Of a DNA stretch of 64,000 nt, positions 49,146-58,957 are shown piece by piece. The stretch spans positions 166,289-230,288 of the forward strand of contig JAVCCR010000032.1 in the NCBI GenBank assembly GCA_030765485.1, written 5' to 3'. The stretch comes from Candidatus Gygaella obscura (lineage in GTDB: Bacteria > Omnitrophota > Gorgyraeia > Gygaellales > Gygaellaceae). A program made the position numbers and the translations under genes. Each line of letters opens with the position of its first letter. Position 1 is the first letter of the stretch. The notes beneath the pieces are model-generated. The model was given only the letters and a program-made list of their open reading frames with translations, was not told the DNA's origin and did no database searches.

Positions 49146-50822
49146 ATGAGTATCTTTGATAATATTTTAGCAAGCATACATGTGTATCAGTTAAATATCT
49201 TAGTGCTTTTGGGCCTTGCTTTATTCGGCGGGGTATTAGGCGGCAGGGTGTTTCAGAAGCTTAAGGTGCCTCAGGTAGTAGGCTATATCGTTATTGGTAT
49301 TTTAATCGGTCAATCAGGGTTAAAAATAGTAGATGAGAAGCTTCTTACAATGCTTGAACCTCTTAATTACTTTGCTCTTGGTTTAATCGGCTTTATGGTT
49401 GGAGGAGAGTTGCACCGTAGTATTTTTACCAAGCACGGCAGACAGTTTATGACGATTCTTTTTTGTGAGGGTATAACCCCGTTTTTGTTAGTTACTATTT
49501 TAGTAGGTTTTGTTGGCTCAATTTTCTTTGACTGGCGTATTGCTTGGGGTCTGGGGTTACTGTTTGGCGCAATTGCTTCAGCTACGGATCCGGCTACAAC
49601 AACCGAAGTGTTAAGAGAGTATAGAACAAGAGGGCCGTTAAGTAAGACTGTCTTAGGTATTGTCGCTCTAGATGATGGTTTGGCTTTGATTCTTTTTGCA
49701 ATTGCCTCCAGCATTGCTGGATCTTTAAGCGGGATAACTCATGAAAGTCTTTTAAAAACCTTTATTCATCCGATTTATGATATTGGTGGTTCTATCCTTT
49801 TGGGGACCGTTCTTGGGTTTACATTAAGTAAGATTTTAAATAAATACACTGAAAAAGAACGTCTTTTGGCTTTTACTATTGGCATAGTTTTGCTTGTCGT
49901 AGGATTGTCTCTTACCTTAAATGTAGAAATGCTTCTTACTGCCATGACTGTAGGTATTATTGTAGTGAATTTTAGCCCGCAAAAAAGTAAAGGTGTATTT
50001 AAATTAGTCGGAGGATTCACGCCGCCAATATATGTACTCTTTTTTGTGCTCATCGGAGCAAAATTAAATTTATCACATATGGGTTTATCTACAAGCGTGC
50101 TTGTTTTGGTTTATTTGTTTGGTACGATGGCAGGTAAAGTGATAGGTTCAAAGTTTGGCGCACGTATCGCCCGTTCTCCAAAAACAGTACAAAAATATCT
50201 GCCGCTTGCACTGTTTTCTCAGGCTGGCGTAGCTATTGGTTTATCCATATTGGCAGCACAGTATTTTCCTGGAGCAATCGGTAATACCATTATTATTGTT
50301 ATTACCGCAACTACTTTTATCTTGCAGCTTGTGGGGCCATACTTGACTAAGGTTGCCGTAACTCGTGCCAAAGAGGTAGGGCTTAATGTTACTGAAGAAG
50401 ATTTGATTTTTAATACAAAAGCAAAAGACGTGATGGACGCTAATCCACCGTTGATAATAAACAATATGCCTCTCACTAATATTTTAAAGATATTTTCCAG
50501 TGATACCAATCTTTATTATCCGGTTGTGGATAAAACCAAAAAATTACTTGGAATAATAACTGTGGATAATTTAAAGAATATTTTTATGGAGACTGATTTA
50601 AATGAGCTACTTTTAGCAGTAGATGTTATGGAACCGGTTTTAACAACCGTATCAATTGATTCTCCTGTTCAAAAAGTAAAAGAGGCTTTAAATAGGTATA
50701 ATCTTGAATATATCCCGGTTACCAATAGTGAAAATAAACTTATTGGTTTTATCGAAGAAAGAACTTTAGACAGAATCATATCTACTAAACTTATGGAGCT
50801 TCAAAGGGAAGTAGATATGTAG
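49146..50822 (+). CDS. Cation:proton antiporter (CPA2-like) with C-terminal CBS pair
   Basis: P.VVGYI..G, F..G.EL, ATDPA.T, VALDD, FFVL.GA, QAGVAIGL, CBS motifs YPVVD and IPV. Confidence 0.9.
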   Translation: MSIFDNILASIHVYQLNILVLLGLALFGGVLGGRVFQKLKVPQVVGYIVIGILIGQSGLKIVDEKLLTMLEPLNYFALGLIGFMVGGELHRSIFTKHGRQFMTILFCEGITPFLLVTILVGFVGSIFFDWRIAWGLGLLFGAIASATDPATTTEVLREYRTRGPLSKTVLGIVALDDGLALILFAIASSIAGSLSGITHESLLKTFIHPIYDIGGSILLGTVLGFTLSKILNKYTEKERLLAFTIGIVLLVVGLSLTLNVEMLLTAMTVGIIVVNFSPQKSKGVFKLVGGFTPPIYVLFFVLIGAKLNLSHMGLSTSVLVLVYLFGTMAGKVIGSKFGARIARSPKTVQKYLPLALFSQAGVAIGLSILAAQYFPGAIGNTIIIVITATTFILQLVGPYLTKVAVTRAKEVGLNVTEEDLIFNTKAKDVMDANPPLIINNMPLTNILKIFSSDTNLYYPVVDKTKKLLGIITVDNLKNIFMETDLNELLLAVDVMEPVLTTVSIDSPVQKVKEALNRYNLEYIPVTNSENKLIGFIEERTLDRIISTKLMELQREVDM

Positions 50823-50843
50823 TTTTTGTATAGAGGTCGTTTA

Positions 50844-50872
50844 TTGAAAATAATTTTAGCTTGTGGTATGAT
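50844..50872 (+). promoter_or_regulatory. sigma70-type promoter for gcv operon
   Basis: TTGAAA (50844-50849), 17-nt spacer, TG-g-TATGAT (50867-50872). Confidence 0.6.
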
Positions 50873-50928
50873 ACAAGGTGTTTAGGGCATTTAATAATTA
50901 TATTTAAGGCAGGTTTTTCTTTCCTTTG

Positions 50929-52011
50929 ATGAATTTAAAATTTACTCCCTTAATTGAAGTTCATAAAAATCTAGGCGCAAAGATTGCCCCTTTTGGCGGT
51001 TGGCTTATGCCCATACAATATGCTGGTATAATCCAGGAGCATAACTGGACGAGAAAAAGCGCTTCTTTATTTGATATCTGCCATATGGGAGAGTTCTATC
51101 TAGATGAAGATTTAAAAGAATCCGGCTTGGATAATATAGTCAGTGCGAATTTAGATTCTATGCCTGTAAAAGCTTGCCGATATGGGTTTTTACTTGACGA
51201 GAAAGGCAATATTCTTGATGATATGGTTACTTACCGAAAAGGTAAAGATGAATGGATGCTGGTAGTCAATGCTGCTACAACTAATGCTGATTTTAAACAC
51301 ATACAAAGTAATTTAAAGATAAAAACCCTAAAGGATATTTCAAATAATACAGCCAAGCTTGATTTGCAAGGTCCGTTATCACGTGATGTGCTAAAAAGTC
51401 TAGGATGTAAAGATATAGAAAGCCTGACCTATTACAGTTTTGATTATTTTGTTCTTTTAGGTAATGATGTATTAATCAGTAGAACCGGCTATACCGGAGA
51501 ACTTGGTTTTGAGATCTATATTGAATCCAGTAAAGCAGTTGTGTTGTGGAATAGTTTGCTAAAAGATGAAAGGGTAAGGCCTGCAGGTCTAGGTGCGCGC
51601 GATACGCTAAGATTGGAAATGAATTACCCTTTATACGGACAGGACATATCAAAAGATAATAACCCAATTGAAGCAGGGTTTATCAAGTTTATTGATTTTG
51701 AGAAAGATTTTATTGGTAAAGACACGCTTTTAAACAAAAGGGATAATATCGATAAAAAATTGGTTTGTTTTATCTGTGACTCGCGCCGAGCGCCCAGGCA
51801 TAATAATAAGATTTTAATTGATAAAGCTGTTGTGGGAAGAGTGACCAGCGGGTCGTTTTCACCAAGTTTGGGTGTTGGTATTGGTACGGGTTATGTAGAT
51901 AAAGATAAGGCAGTTATTGATAAAGATATAACAATCACCGATGGCAGAAAAGAATTGAGCGCTAAAATAGTAAAAAGGCCTTTTTATAAAAATGGTTCTT
52001 TAAGAAGATGA
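50929..52011 (+). CDS. gcvT: Glycine cleavage system aminomethyltransferase T
   Basis: FGGW.MP.QY, FDICHMG, SRTGYTGE.GFE, GLGARDTLRLE, VTSG.FSP. Confidence 0.96.
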   Translation: MNLKFTPLIEVHKNLGAKIAPFGGWLMPIQYAGIIQEHNWTRKSASLFDICHMGEFYLDEDLKESGLDNIVSANLDSMPVKACRYGFLLDEKGNILDDMVTYRKGKDEWMLVVNAATTNADFKHIQSNLKIKTLKDISNNTAKLDLQGPLSRDVLKSLGCKDIESLTYYSFDYFVLLGNDVLISRTGYTGELGFEIYIESSKAVVLWNSLLKDERVRPAGLGARDTLRLEMNYPLYGQDISKDNNPIEAGFIKFIDFEKDFIGKDTLLNKRDNIDKKLVCFICDSRRAPRHNNKILIDKAVVGRVTSGSFSPSLGVGIGTGYVDKDKAVIDKDITITDGRKELSAKIVKRPFYKNGSLRR

Positions 52012-52023
52012 AAGGAATTTTTT

Positions 52024-52413
52024 ATGGATGTTAGAGATGGTCTCTATTACAGTAAAGAGCATGAGTGGGTAAAGTTAGATAACAAAATCGCAATTATAGG
52101 TATAACTGATTATGCTCAGTCGGCCTTAGGAGATGTTACCTTTGTGGAGCTTCCTAAGCCGGGCGAAAGCTTTAAACAGTCACAGCAGATTGCTACAGTT
52201 GAGTCTGTTAAGGCTGCATCAGATGTGTATGTTCCTATAAGCGGTGTGGTAAAAGAGGTAAACTTAGAACTTGACAATACGCCTGAGTTGGTTAATCAAT
52301 CCTGTTATGAAAAAGGGTTTTTCTTGAAGATGCAAGTAGAGGATGAAACTGAGGTTAAAAATCTTATGGATTCAGCAAGTTATAAGGCTTATTTAGAAGG
52401 ATTATCTAAATGA
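52024..52413 (+). CDS. gcvH: Glycine cleavage system H protein
   Basis: YSKEHEW, GITDYAQ..LGD, VESVKAASD lipoyl lysine. Confidence 0.97.
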   Translation: MDVRDGLYYSKEHEWVKLDNKIAIIGITDYAQSALGDVTFVELPKPGESFKQSQQIATVESVKAASDVYVPISGVVKEVNLELDNTPELVNQSCYEKGFFLKMQVEDETEVKNLMDSASYKAYLEGLSK

Positions 52414-53741
52414 ATTTTGTTCCCCATACAGACAAAGAACGTCAGGAGATGCTAAAAACAATCGGCGTATCTTGTTTAGATGAGCTTTTTAAAGATATTA
52501 CCCCCAGTTTAAAAGCTAAATCATTTGATTTAGAAAAAGGTAAGTCTGAATTTGAGGTAATGAGTTTTTTTAAAGGCTTGGCTAATAAAAACAATATAGG
52601 ACTAACGAGTTTTTTAGGCGCAGGGTTCTATGATCACTATATTCCATCAGTTGTCGATAGCCTTGCTTCCAGGCCGGAGTTTTATACTGCCTATACGCCT
52701 TATCAGGCAGAGTGTTCTCAAGGTTGGCTTCAATCTATTTTTGAATTTCAGACTGCTATATGTGAATTGACTTCTTTGGATGTTTCCAATGCCTCACTTT
52801 ATGACGGTGGAACTGCGCTTTATGAAGCAGCAATGATGGCTGTGCGTATTACCGGTAGAAAAAAAATAATCGTTGATAGTGGAGTGAATTTACTCTATAG
52901 AAGCATGATTTATACCTATACCACTAATCTGGAACTTGAGTTTAAAGAAACCCCGGTTGTGCACGGTCAGAGTTCCCGTAAGCATATATTTGAGCTTTTA
53001 GATAAAGACACTGCAGCGATAATTTTGCAGAATCCGAATTTTTTCGGTGCTGTAGATGATCATACGGATATCGTAAAAAAAGCGCATGAGTTGGGTGTTT
53101 TGGTGATTCAATCGGTTTATCCGATTGCCTTAGGATTAGTAAAATCCCCTCAAGAGATGGGAATTGATATTGCAACCGGAGAGGGACAAAGCCTGGGGTT
53201 AAATTTAAATTTTGGTGGGCCTTACTTAGGTTTTATGGCAACAAAAAAAGAATATATGCGCAAAATGCCTGGTCGCATTGTAGGCGAAACGATTGATAAA
53301 CAAAACAGAAGAGGTTTTGTATTAACCTTGCAGACACGGGAACAACATATAAGGCGTGAAAAGGCAACTTCTAATATTTGTTCTAATGAAGCCTTGTGTG
53401 CTCTGCGTGCGGTGATTTATTTATCCGTATTAGGAAAAAAAGGTTTTAAAGAACTTGCGTTATTAAATTATAAAAAGGCAGAATATACTAAGAGTCTATT
53501 TGATAAAATTAAAGGTGTTGAGGTTAAGAAAAATTCCCCTACATTTAATGAGTTTACGGTGATGCTACCTAAGCGTGCAGATGAGGTTGTTTGTAAATTG
53601 ATTAAGAAAGGATTCCTCTGCGGTTTTCCTCTGGGTAGGTTTTATAAGGGAATGGATAATTATCTTCTTGTTAGTGTAACGGAAAAACGCACCAAGGAAG
53701 ATATTGTCAAGTTAGCTGATACTCTGGAGACTGTTTTATGA
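52410..53741 (+). CDS. gcvPA: Glycine dehydrogenase subunit 1
   Basis: FLGAG.Y.H, YTPYQ.E.SQG, NASLYDG, REQHIRREKATSNIC. Confidence 0.96.
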   Translation: MNFVPHTDKERQEMLKTIGVSCLDELFKDITPSLKAKSFDLEKGKSEFEVMSFFKGLANKNNIGLTSFLGAGFYDHYIPSVVDSLASRPEFYTAYTPYQAECSQGWLQSIFEFQTAICELTSLDVSNASLYDGGTALYEAAMMAVRITGRKKIIVDSGVNLLYRSMIYTYTTNLELEFKETPVVHGQSSRKHIFELLDKDTAAIILQNPNFFGAVDDHTDIVKKAHELGVLVIQSVYPIALGLVKSPQEMGIDIATGEGQSLGLNLNFGGPYLGFMATKKEYMRKMPGRIVGETIDKQNRRGFVLTLQTREQHIRREKATSNICSNEALCALRAVIYLSVLGKKGFKELALLNYKKAEYTKSLFDKIKGVEVKKNSPTFNEFTVMLPKRADEVVCKLIKKGFLCGFPLGRFYKGMDNYLLVSVTEKRTKEDIVKLADTLETVL

Positions 53742-55192
53742 AACTTATATTTGAAAAAAGCGTAAAAGAAAGAACTGCTTTTAAAGTGCCTGAGTTTGAT
53801 GTGGCAATAAAGGTGAATTTTCCAGATAAGTATGCAAGAAAGCAAAGCGTAGAACTTCCTGAAGTTTCAGAGTTAGATGTGGTTAGGCATTTTACAGGGC
53901 TTTCTAAGAAAAACTTTTCCATTGATGGTAATTTTTATCCTTTAGGTTCATGTACTATGAAATACAACCCAAAGTTTACTGAAGCTATTGCTAATTTAGA
54001 AGGGTTTACCCAGCTTCACGGGCTTCTGCCGCAGGTTGTAGGTGCAGGAATGCTCTGTCAGGGTGCGTTGCAGGTTATTCATGATCTGCAGAGACTACTT
54101 TGCGAGATAACCGGGATGAAAGTTTTTACCACCCAACCTTTGGCTGGCGCGCATGGTGAGTTAACCGGAGCGATGATTATTGCTGCGTATCATAAGGAGA
54201 AGGCGCGTAAACGTAAATACGTGATTATACCGGATTCATCCCACGGCACTAATCCAGCCAGTGCATCAATTGCAGGCTATGAAATAATTACAATCCCTAC
54301 GGATGAATCAGGCTGTATGGATTTTGAAAAGTTTAAATCTAAACTTACAGAAGATGTGGCCGCGGTGATGCTGACGTGTCCGAATACTCTGGGGATTTTT
54401 AATTCGCGTATAAAAGATATCTGTGATGAAGCCCACAAGGTGGATACCTTGGTTTATTATGACGGAGCAAATCTTAATGCAATATTAGGCAAAGCGCGTC
54501 CAGGTGATATTGGTTTTGATATCGTGCATATTAATCTGCATAAAACCTTTGCTACTCCTCATGGCGGAGGAGGTCCGGGAGCTGGACCAGTAGGGGTAAG
54601 TGAGAAGTTAATACCTTATTTGCCTATTCCCCGCGTAGTTAAAAGAACTGATGCCACCTATGGCTTAAGTTATAATAAGCCAAAGTCTTTAGGGTATATG
54701 GCAGCGTTTTTCGGTAACTTTAGTGTGATATTAAAAACCTATGCCTATATCATGATGCTAGGTAAAGATGGTCTGATTGAGGTAAGTGAGGCTGCGGTAT
54801 TAAATGCTAATTATTTAAAAGAAAGGTTAAAGAAATATTTTACTTTAGCTTACGACAGGAGATGTATGCATGAATTTGTACTTTCGGCTGAGAAGCAACT
54901 AAAAAATAATATTCATGCTTTTGATATTGCTAAATATTTGATTGATAAAGGAATTCATCCGCCTACTGTATATTTCCCGTTGATTATCAAGGAAGCGATG
55001 ATGATTGAGCCAACTGAGACCGAAAGTAAACAAACCATGGATGAGTTTATTGAAGTGATGATTGAGATTGCTGATTTAGCAGAGCATAATCCACAAGAGT
55101 TAAAAAATGCACCCACTACTACTTGTGTAGGCCGGCTTGATGAGGCAAAGGCTGCACGTGAATTAAAGCTGCGTTGGCAAAAAGAGGCATGA
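53738..55192 (+). CDS. gcvPB: Glycine dehydrogenase subunit 2
   Basis: PLGSCTMKYNP, AGAHGE, HGTNPASA, YDGAN, NLHKTF.TPHGGGGPG. Confidence 0.96.
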   Translation: MKLIFEKSVKERTAFKVPEFDVAIKVNFPDKYARKQSVELPEVSELDVVRHFTGLSKKNFSIDGNFYPLGSCTMKYNPKFTEAIANLEGFTQLHGLLPQVVGAGMLCQGALQVIHDLQRLLCEITGMKVFTTQPLAGAHGELTGAMIIAAYHKEKARKRKYVIIPDSSHGTNPASASIAGYEIITIPTDESGCMDFEKFKSKLTEDVAAVMLTCPNTLGIFNSRIKDICDEAHKVDTLVYYDGANLNAILGKARPGDIGFDIVHINLHKTFATPHGGGGPGAGPVGVSEKLIPYLPIPRVVKRTDATYGLSYNKPKSLGYMAAFFGNFSVILKTYAYIMMLGKDGLIEVSEAAVLNANYLKERLKKYFTLAYDRRCMHEFVLSAEKQLKNNIHAFDIAKYLIDKGIHPPTVYFPLIIKEAMMIEPTETESKQTMDEFIEVMIEIADLAEHNPQELKNAPTTTCVGRLDEAKAARELKLRWQKEA

Positions 55193-56049
55193 GTACAACT
55201 ATTGTAAAAAAACCTTCCTGGATGAAAAAGAAAATCATCCTTAAAGACTGCGTAAAATTAAACCAGCTATTTTCCAGGTTAAAACTACATACAGTTTGTC
55301 ATGAGGCAATGTGTCCTAATATTTCAGAGTGTTTTAATAAAGGCGTAGCAACATTTTTGATTATGGGTGATACTTGTACACGTCGCTGCGGGTTTTGTAA
55401 TGTGAAAAAAGGTAATCCTAAAGATCTAGATGATAATGAACCTGATAGGGTTTTAGAAGCTGTAAAAGAACTCAAGTTGAATCATGTTGTGGTTACAAGC
55501 GTTACCCGGGATGACTTAGAAGACAAGGGAGCAAGTCATTTCGTTAAAACGATTAAGACAATAAAGGATTTCGACAATGTTATTAAAGTAGAAGTGTTGG
55601 TGCCGGATTTTTTAGGCAGGAAGGATTTGATTGAGATTGTTTTAAATGAAAAACCGGATATCTTTGCGCATAACGTGGAAATGGTATCTAGACTTTATAC
55701 AGAAGTGAGACCAGATTCAGATTACAGGCGGTGTCTGGAAGTTTTAAGAATAGCCAAAGATATTAATAAAGATATTTATACCAAGTCCGGTATTATGTTA
55801 GGGCTTGGTGAAACCCATCAGGAAGTAATGGAAGTTTTGGGGGATTTAAGAAAAGTTAATTGCGATTTTTTAAGCATCGGTCAATATTTATCGCCATCTA
55901 AGAGTCATTATCCTGTAAAAGAGTTTGTTAAAGAAAGCGTATTTAACGAGCTTAAGATCAAAGCACTTGAGATGGGTTTTTTGCATGTAGAAAGCGCTCC
56001 TTATGTGAGAAGCTCTTATATTGCCTGCGAATACCTAAAAAATAAATAG
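55189..56049 (+). CDS. lipA: Lipoyl synthase
   Basis: CHEAMCPNISEC, CTRRCGFC, TSVTRDDL, RSSY; ATGA overlap with gcvPB. Confidence 0.96.
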   Translation: MSTTIVKKPSWMKKKIILKDCVKLNQLFSRLKLHTVCHEAMCPNISECFNKGVATFLIMGDTCTRRCGFCNVKKGNPKDLDDNEPDRVLEAVKELKLNHVVVTSVTRDDLEDKGASHFVKTIKTIKDFDNVIKVEVLVPDFLGRKDLIEIVLNEKPDIFAHNVEMVSRLYTEVRPDSDYRRCLEVLRIAKDINKDIYTKSGIMLGLGETHQEVMEVLGDLRKVNCDFLSIGQYLSPSKSHYPVKEFVKESVFNELKIKALEMGFLHVESAPYVRSSYIACEYLKNK

Positions 56050-56052
56050 TAT

Positions 56053-56787
56053 ATGAAAGAAAAAATCCAGATTACAAAAAAGTGGTTTAAAAGTTGGTCT
56101 AATGAGTTTGACCAGTCTTTAGGCAGTATGAGTTTTCATAAGGGGCTGTTGCGTCTCATGGTGGAATCTTCCGGAGTAAAGAATAATAGCCGTATTCTTG
56201 ATATCGGATGCGGTACGGGATTATTGAGTATTAATTTCTTAAGTAAAAGAAACTGTTCTATTGTTGGAATCGATAATTCCAAGGATATGCTTTTGATATT
56301 GAATAAAAAGATCAAGAAGTTTGCAATAACTGATAACTTAAAAGTTCAATATATGGATATATCAAAGCTTGATTTTAAGGCGAATAGTTTTGATATAGTG
56401 ACTAGTTCTATGGTGTTGCATCATTTTGATAAGGATAAGCTGAAATTGCTTAAGAAAATTAAAAAGGTGCTAAAGCCAGGGGGATTGTTTATTTTAGGCG
56501 ATATTGATATGGATACCCGTGGGCTTCATACAGATACAAAAAGATTAAAGAAGATAGTGGAAGTTTTATTAAGCGAGTGGGTTTGTGCGTTAACAGAGGT
56601 AGGAACAGAAGCCTTTAAGCGAATGTATGATAATGGTAAAAAACATATTCTTAACATCGGTGAATTCTGCGTGAGTTTTAATGAGTGGGCTGCGCTTTGT
56701 AAAAAGGCAGGATTAAAGATTGTTAAAGTACTGCCGGTTAAGGAAAACAAGCATTTTAAGGTGCTGGTGGCTAAAAGGGTAAAATAA
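56053..56787 (+). CDS. Class I SAM-dependent methyltransferase
   Basis: ILDIGCGTG, GID.S..ML, FD.V.S..VLHH, LKPGG. Confidence 0.9.
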   Translation: MKEKIQITKKWFKSWSNEFDQSLGSMSFHKGLLRLMVESSGVKNNSRILDIGCGTGLLSINFLSKRNCSIVGIDNSKDMLLILNKKIKKFAITDNLKVQYMDISKLDFKANSFDIVTSSMVLHHFDKDKLKLLKKIKKVLKPGGLFILGDIDMDTRGLHTDTKRLKKIVEVLLSEWVCALTEVGTEAFKRMYDNGKKHILNIGEFCVSFNEWAALCKKAGLKIVKVLPVKENKHFKVLVAKRVK

Positions 56788-56897
56788 TGAAATGCAAGAT
56801 AGTACTAAAAAGAGTATAAAAAAATCGCCCTCCTAAAAGAAAAATCTACTATCGGTAAAGTCATAATCGTTGAAGGGTATAAAGAGTAAAATAATTC

Positions 56898-57290
56898 ATG
56901 AAGAATAAATTTGCAACATGTATTAGCTGCATAGACGGGCGGGTACAGCTACCGGTAATTAGTTTTATCAAGAAGCATTTTAAGGTAGATTTTGTAGATA
57001 TGATAACTGAACCTGGGGTAGATAAGGTATTATCAAAAAACCAGGATAAAACTACCATTGTTGCTATAAAAAACAAAGTATCTCTTTCAGTTAAAAAACA
57101 CAATCCTAAAGTTATTGTACTTGTGGGGCACTTTGATTGTCTTGCTAATCCTGTAAGCAAGCAAATACATATTAGGCAGATAAAGCTTTCGGTTGAAATA
57201 ATTCGAAAGTGGGCTTTGAATGTTTCCGCAGCAGGCGTATGGGTAAATAGTTGTTGGCAGGCAAAGGAAGTATTAATTTATAAATATTAA
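56898..57290 (+). CDS. Beta-carbonic-anhydrase-like protein
   Basis: CIDGR and GHFDC (CxDxR / HxxC zinc ligands), ITEPG. Confidence 0.7.
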   Translation: MKNKFATCISCIDGRVQLPVISFIKKHFKVDFVDMITEPGVDKVLSKNQDKTTIVAIKNKVSLSVKKHNPKVIVLVGHFDCLANPVSKQIHIRQIKLSVEIIRKWALNVSAAGVWVNSCWQAKEVLIYKY

Positions 57291-57293
57291 TTT

Positions 57294-58703
57294 ATGACGG
57301 TTAAGCGCAAACGTAAAATCAATAATGATACTACTGGCGGCAATCTAAAATCTTCCATTTGGAAATTAGCTGTTCCGATGATGTTTGGGGCAGTTTTGCA
57401 TGATCTTTTTTCCTTGGCGGATTTGTTTTTTGTCGGCAGGCTCGGTCATGAAGCAGTGGCGTCTTTGACTATATCGGGGTTTATTCTTTCTGTGATAATG
57501 ATGGCGATTATCGGTATTGCTACAGGTACAACTGCCTTGATTGCACATTTTACAGGTAGAAAGGATTATGAATCTGCCGATTTAGTACTTTTTCAGACAG
57601 TGGTAGTTAGCATTGTTGGTTCTTTGATTATGGTTTTTATCGGTTTATTTGCTACTGATTTCCTGCTGCGTTTATTTGGGGCAACGCCAGAGATTATTCC
57701 TGCAGCCGCAGAGTATTTAAGAATATGTTTTGTTTGGTCGATTTTTATATTCCTTTTTATCGGTTTTAACCAGGCCCTAAGGGGTTCAGGTGATGTTGTT
57801 GTTCCTTTAAAGGTGCTTATTTTAGCTAATGTTATCAATATAATTATTGATCCGATGTTTATTTTCGGCTTTGGCATTATTCCTTCAATGGGAGTAGCTG
57901 GTTCAGCCATAGCTACTGTCTTAAGCCGCGGTATAGGAGTTTTTATTCTTTTGTTTCATTTTATGTTTGGTCATTCCAGCCTGCATTTTCGTAAGAATAT
58001 CTTTAGGCTCAATTTTATGCTTATAACTAGAATGATAAAGATCGGGTTTTTTGCTTCATTCGAGGTGTTGTTAAGACAGATTTCTATTCTTTTATTGGCT
58101 CGTCTTGTGGTTTCATTTGGTGCAGTAGCCTTAGCTGCTTTTGGTATTGCCATGAGATTGCGGATGTCTATTATTATGTTGGGTATGGGTATGGCTGATA
58201 CAGCTTCTGTATTAATCGGTCAGAATATGGGCTCAGGTAATCCCAATAGGGCGCAGAAGTCCGGCATGAAAACCTTAAAATATTTTGAATTAATGATTAT
58301 TCCAATAGCAGTGTTATTCTTTGTTTTTTCCGGGAAAATTATTGGGCTATTTAATAATTATCCTTTAGTTATAGATATAGGAAAACCCCTTTTAAAGCTG
58401 GTGGCAGTTACTCTTCCATTTTTGGCTTTGGCGCTTATTTTAGGTAGAGGCGTAACCGGAGCAGGAGATACGCTTGCACCGGCAGTAGTGACCGGCATTG
58501 CCCAGCTGGGCCTGCGTGTTCCTGTTGCTTATCTTATGGTTAGTGTTTTCGCCTTAGGCGTAAATGGTGTTTGGATGGGAATTATTGTTTCTGATATATT
58601 CCAGGGTTTGGCAATGTTATGGTATTTTAAGAAAGGATACTGGAAAAAAAGATATTATAAGCATAGAGTGATATTAGAGCAGGGCGGATTTATTGATGCA
58701 TAG
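57294..58703 (+). CDS. MATE family efflux transporter
   Basis: LA.PM, D..FVG.LG..A, LRG.GD, N.INI..DP, G..G.A.AT, GQN.G. Confidence 0.92.
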   Translation: MTVKRKRKINNDTTGGNLKSSIWKLAVPMMFGAVLHDLFSLADLFFVGRLGHEAVASLTISGFILSVIMMAIIGIATGTTALIAHFTGRKDYESADLVLFQTVVVSIVGSLIMVFIGLFATDFLLRLFGATPEIIPAAAEYLRICFVWSIFIFLFIGFNQALRGSGDVVVPLKVLILANVINIIIDPMFIFGFGIIPSMGVAGSAIATVLSRGIGVFILLFHFMFGHSSLHFRKNIFRLNFMLITRMIKIGFFASFEVLLRQISILLLARLVVSFGAVALAAFGIAMRLRMSIIMLGMGMADTASVLIGQNMGSGNPNRAQKSGMKTLKYFELMIIPIAVLFFVFSGKIIGLFNNYPLVIDIGKPLLKLVAVTLPFLALALILGRGVTGAGDTLAPAVVTGIAQLGLRVPVAYLMVSVFALGVNGVWMGIIVSDIFQGLAMLWYFKKGYWKKRYYKHRVILEQGGFIDA

Positions 58704-58926
58704 CCCAACATGTAATAAAAATACAATTTTTCATAGGATATAATTCTGATTTAAAGATTCTCAAGCTGTTTTAAAAATACAGGCTCTATATCAATGCTTT
58801 GTATTTGCTATTCATCTATAATTTTATACTTTGTAACACTTATTCCTCCAAGCAGTTAACGAGTAAATACTTTTGTTAATTATAGAGAAAAAATTAATAT
58901 AAATATATAAATTTTTGTCTAGGTAA

Positions 58927-58949
58927 TGTTATAATATTATATTAAGGAG
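58927..58949 (+). promoter_or_regulatory. Extended -10 promoter and ribosome-binding site of the giant ORF
   Basis: TG-t-TATAAT (58927-58935), then SD AAGGAG (58944-58949). Confidence 0.55.
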
Positions 58950-58957
58950 ATAGGCTA

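Noticed and set aside
50823-50928. Glycine riboswitch upstream of gcvT
   Set aside because: The region is short, AT-rich and mostly promoter. No glycine aptamer core is visible.
56788-56897. Short open stretch KEYKKIALLKEKSTIGKVIIVEGYKE* between the methyltransferase and the CA-like gene
   Set aside because: No start codon or SD in frame, and too short to assign without a search.
1578-58153. Other minus-strand and alternate-frame ORFs nested in recognised genes (e.g. 1578-2120, 33182-33661, 35195-35674, 43795-44460)
   Set aside because: They overlap well-supported + strand genes almost entirely and have no recognisable domains.
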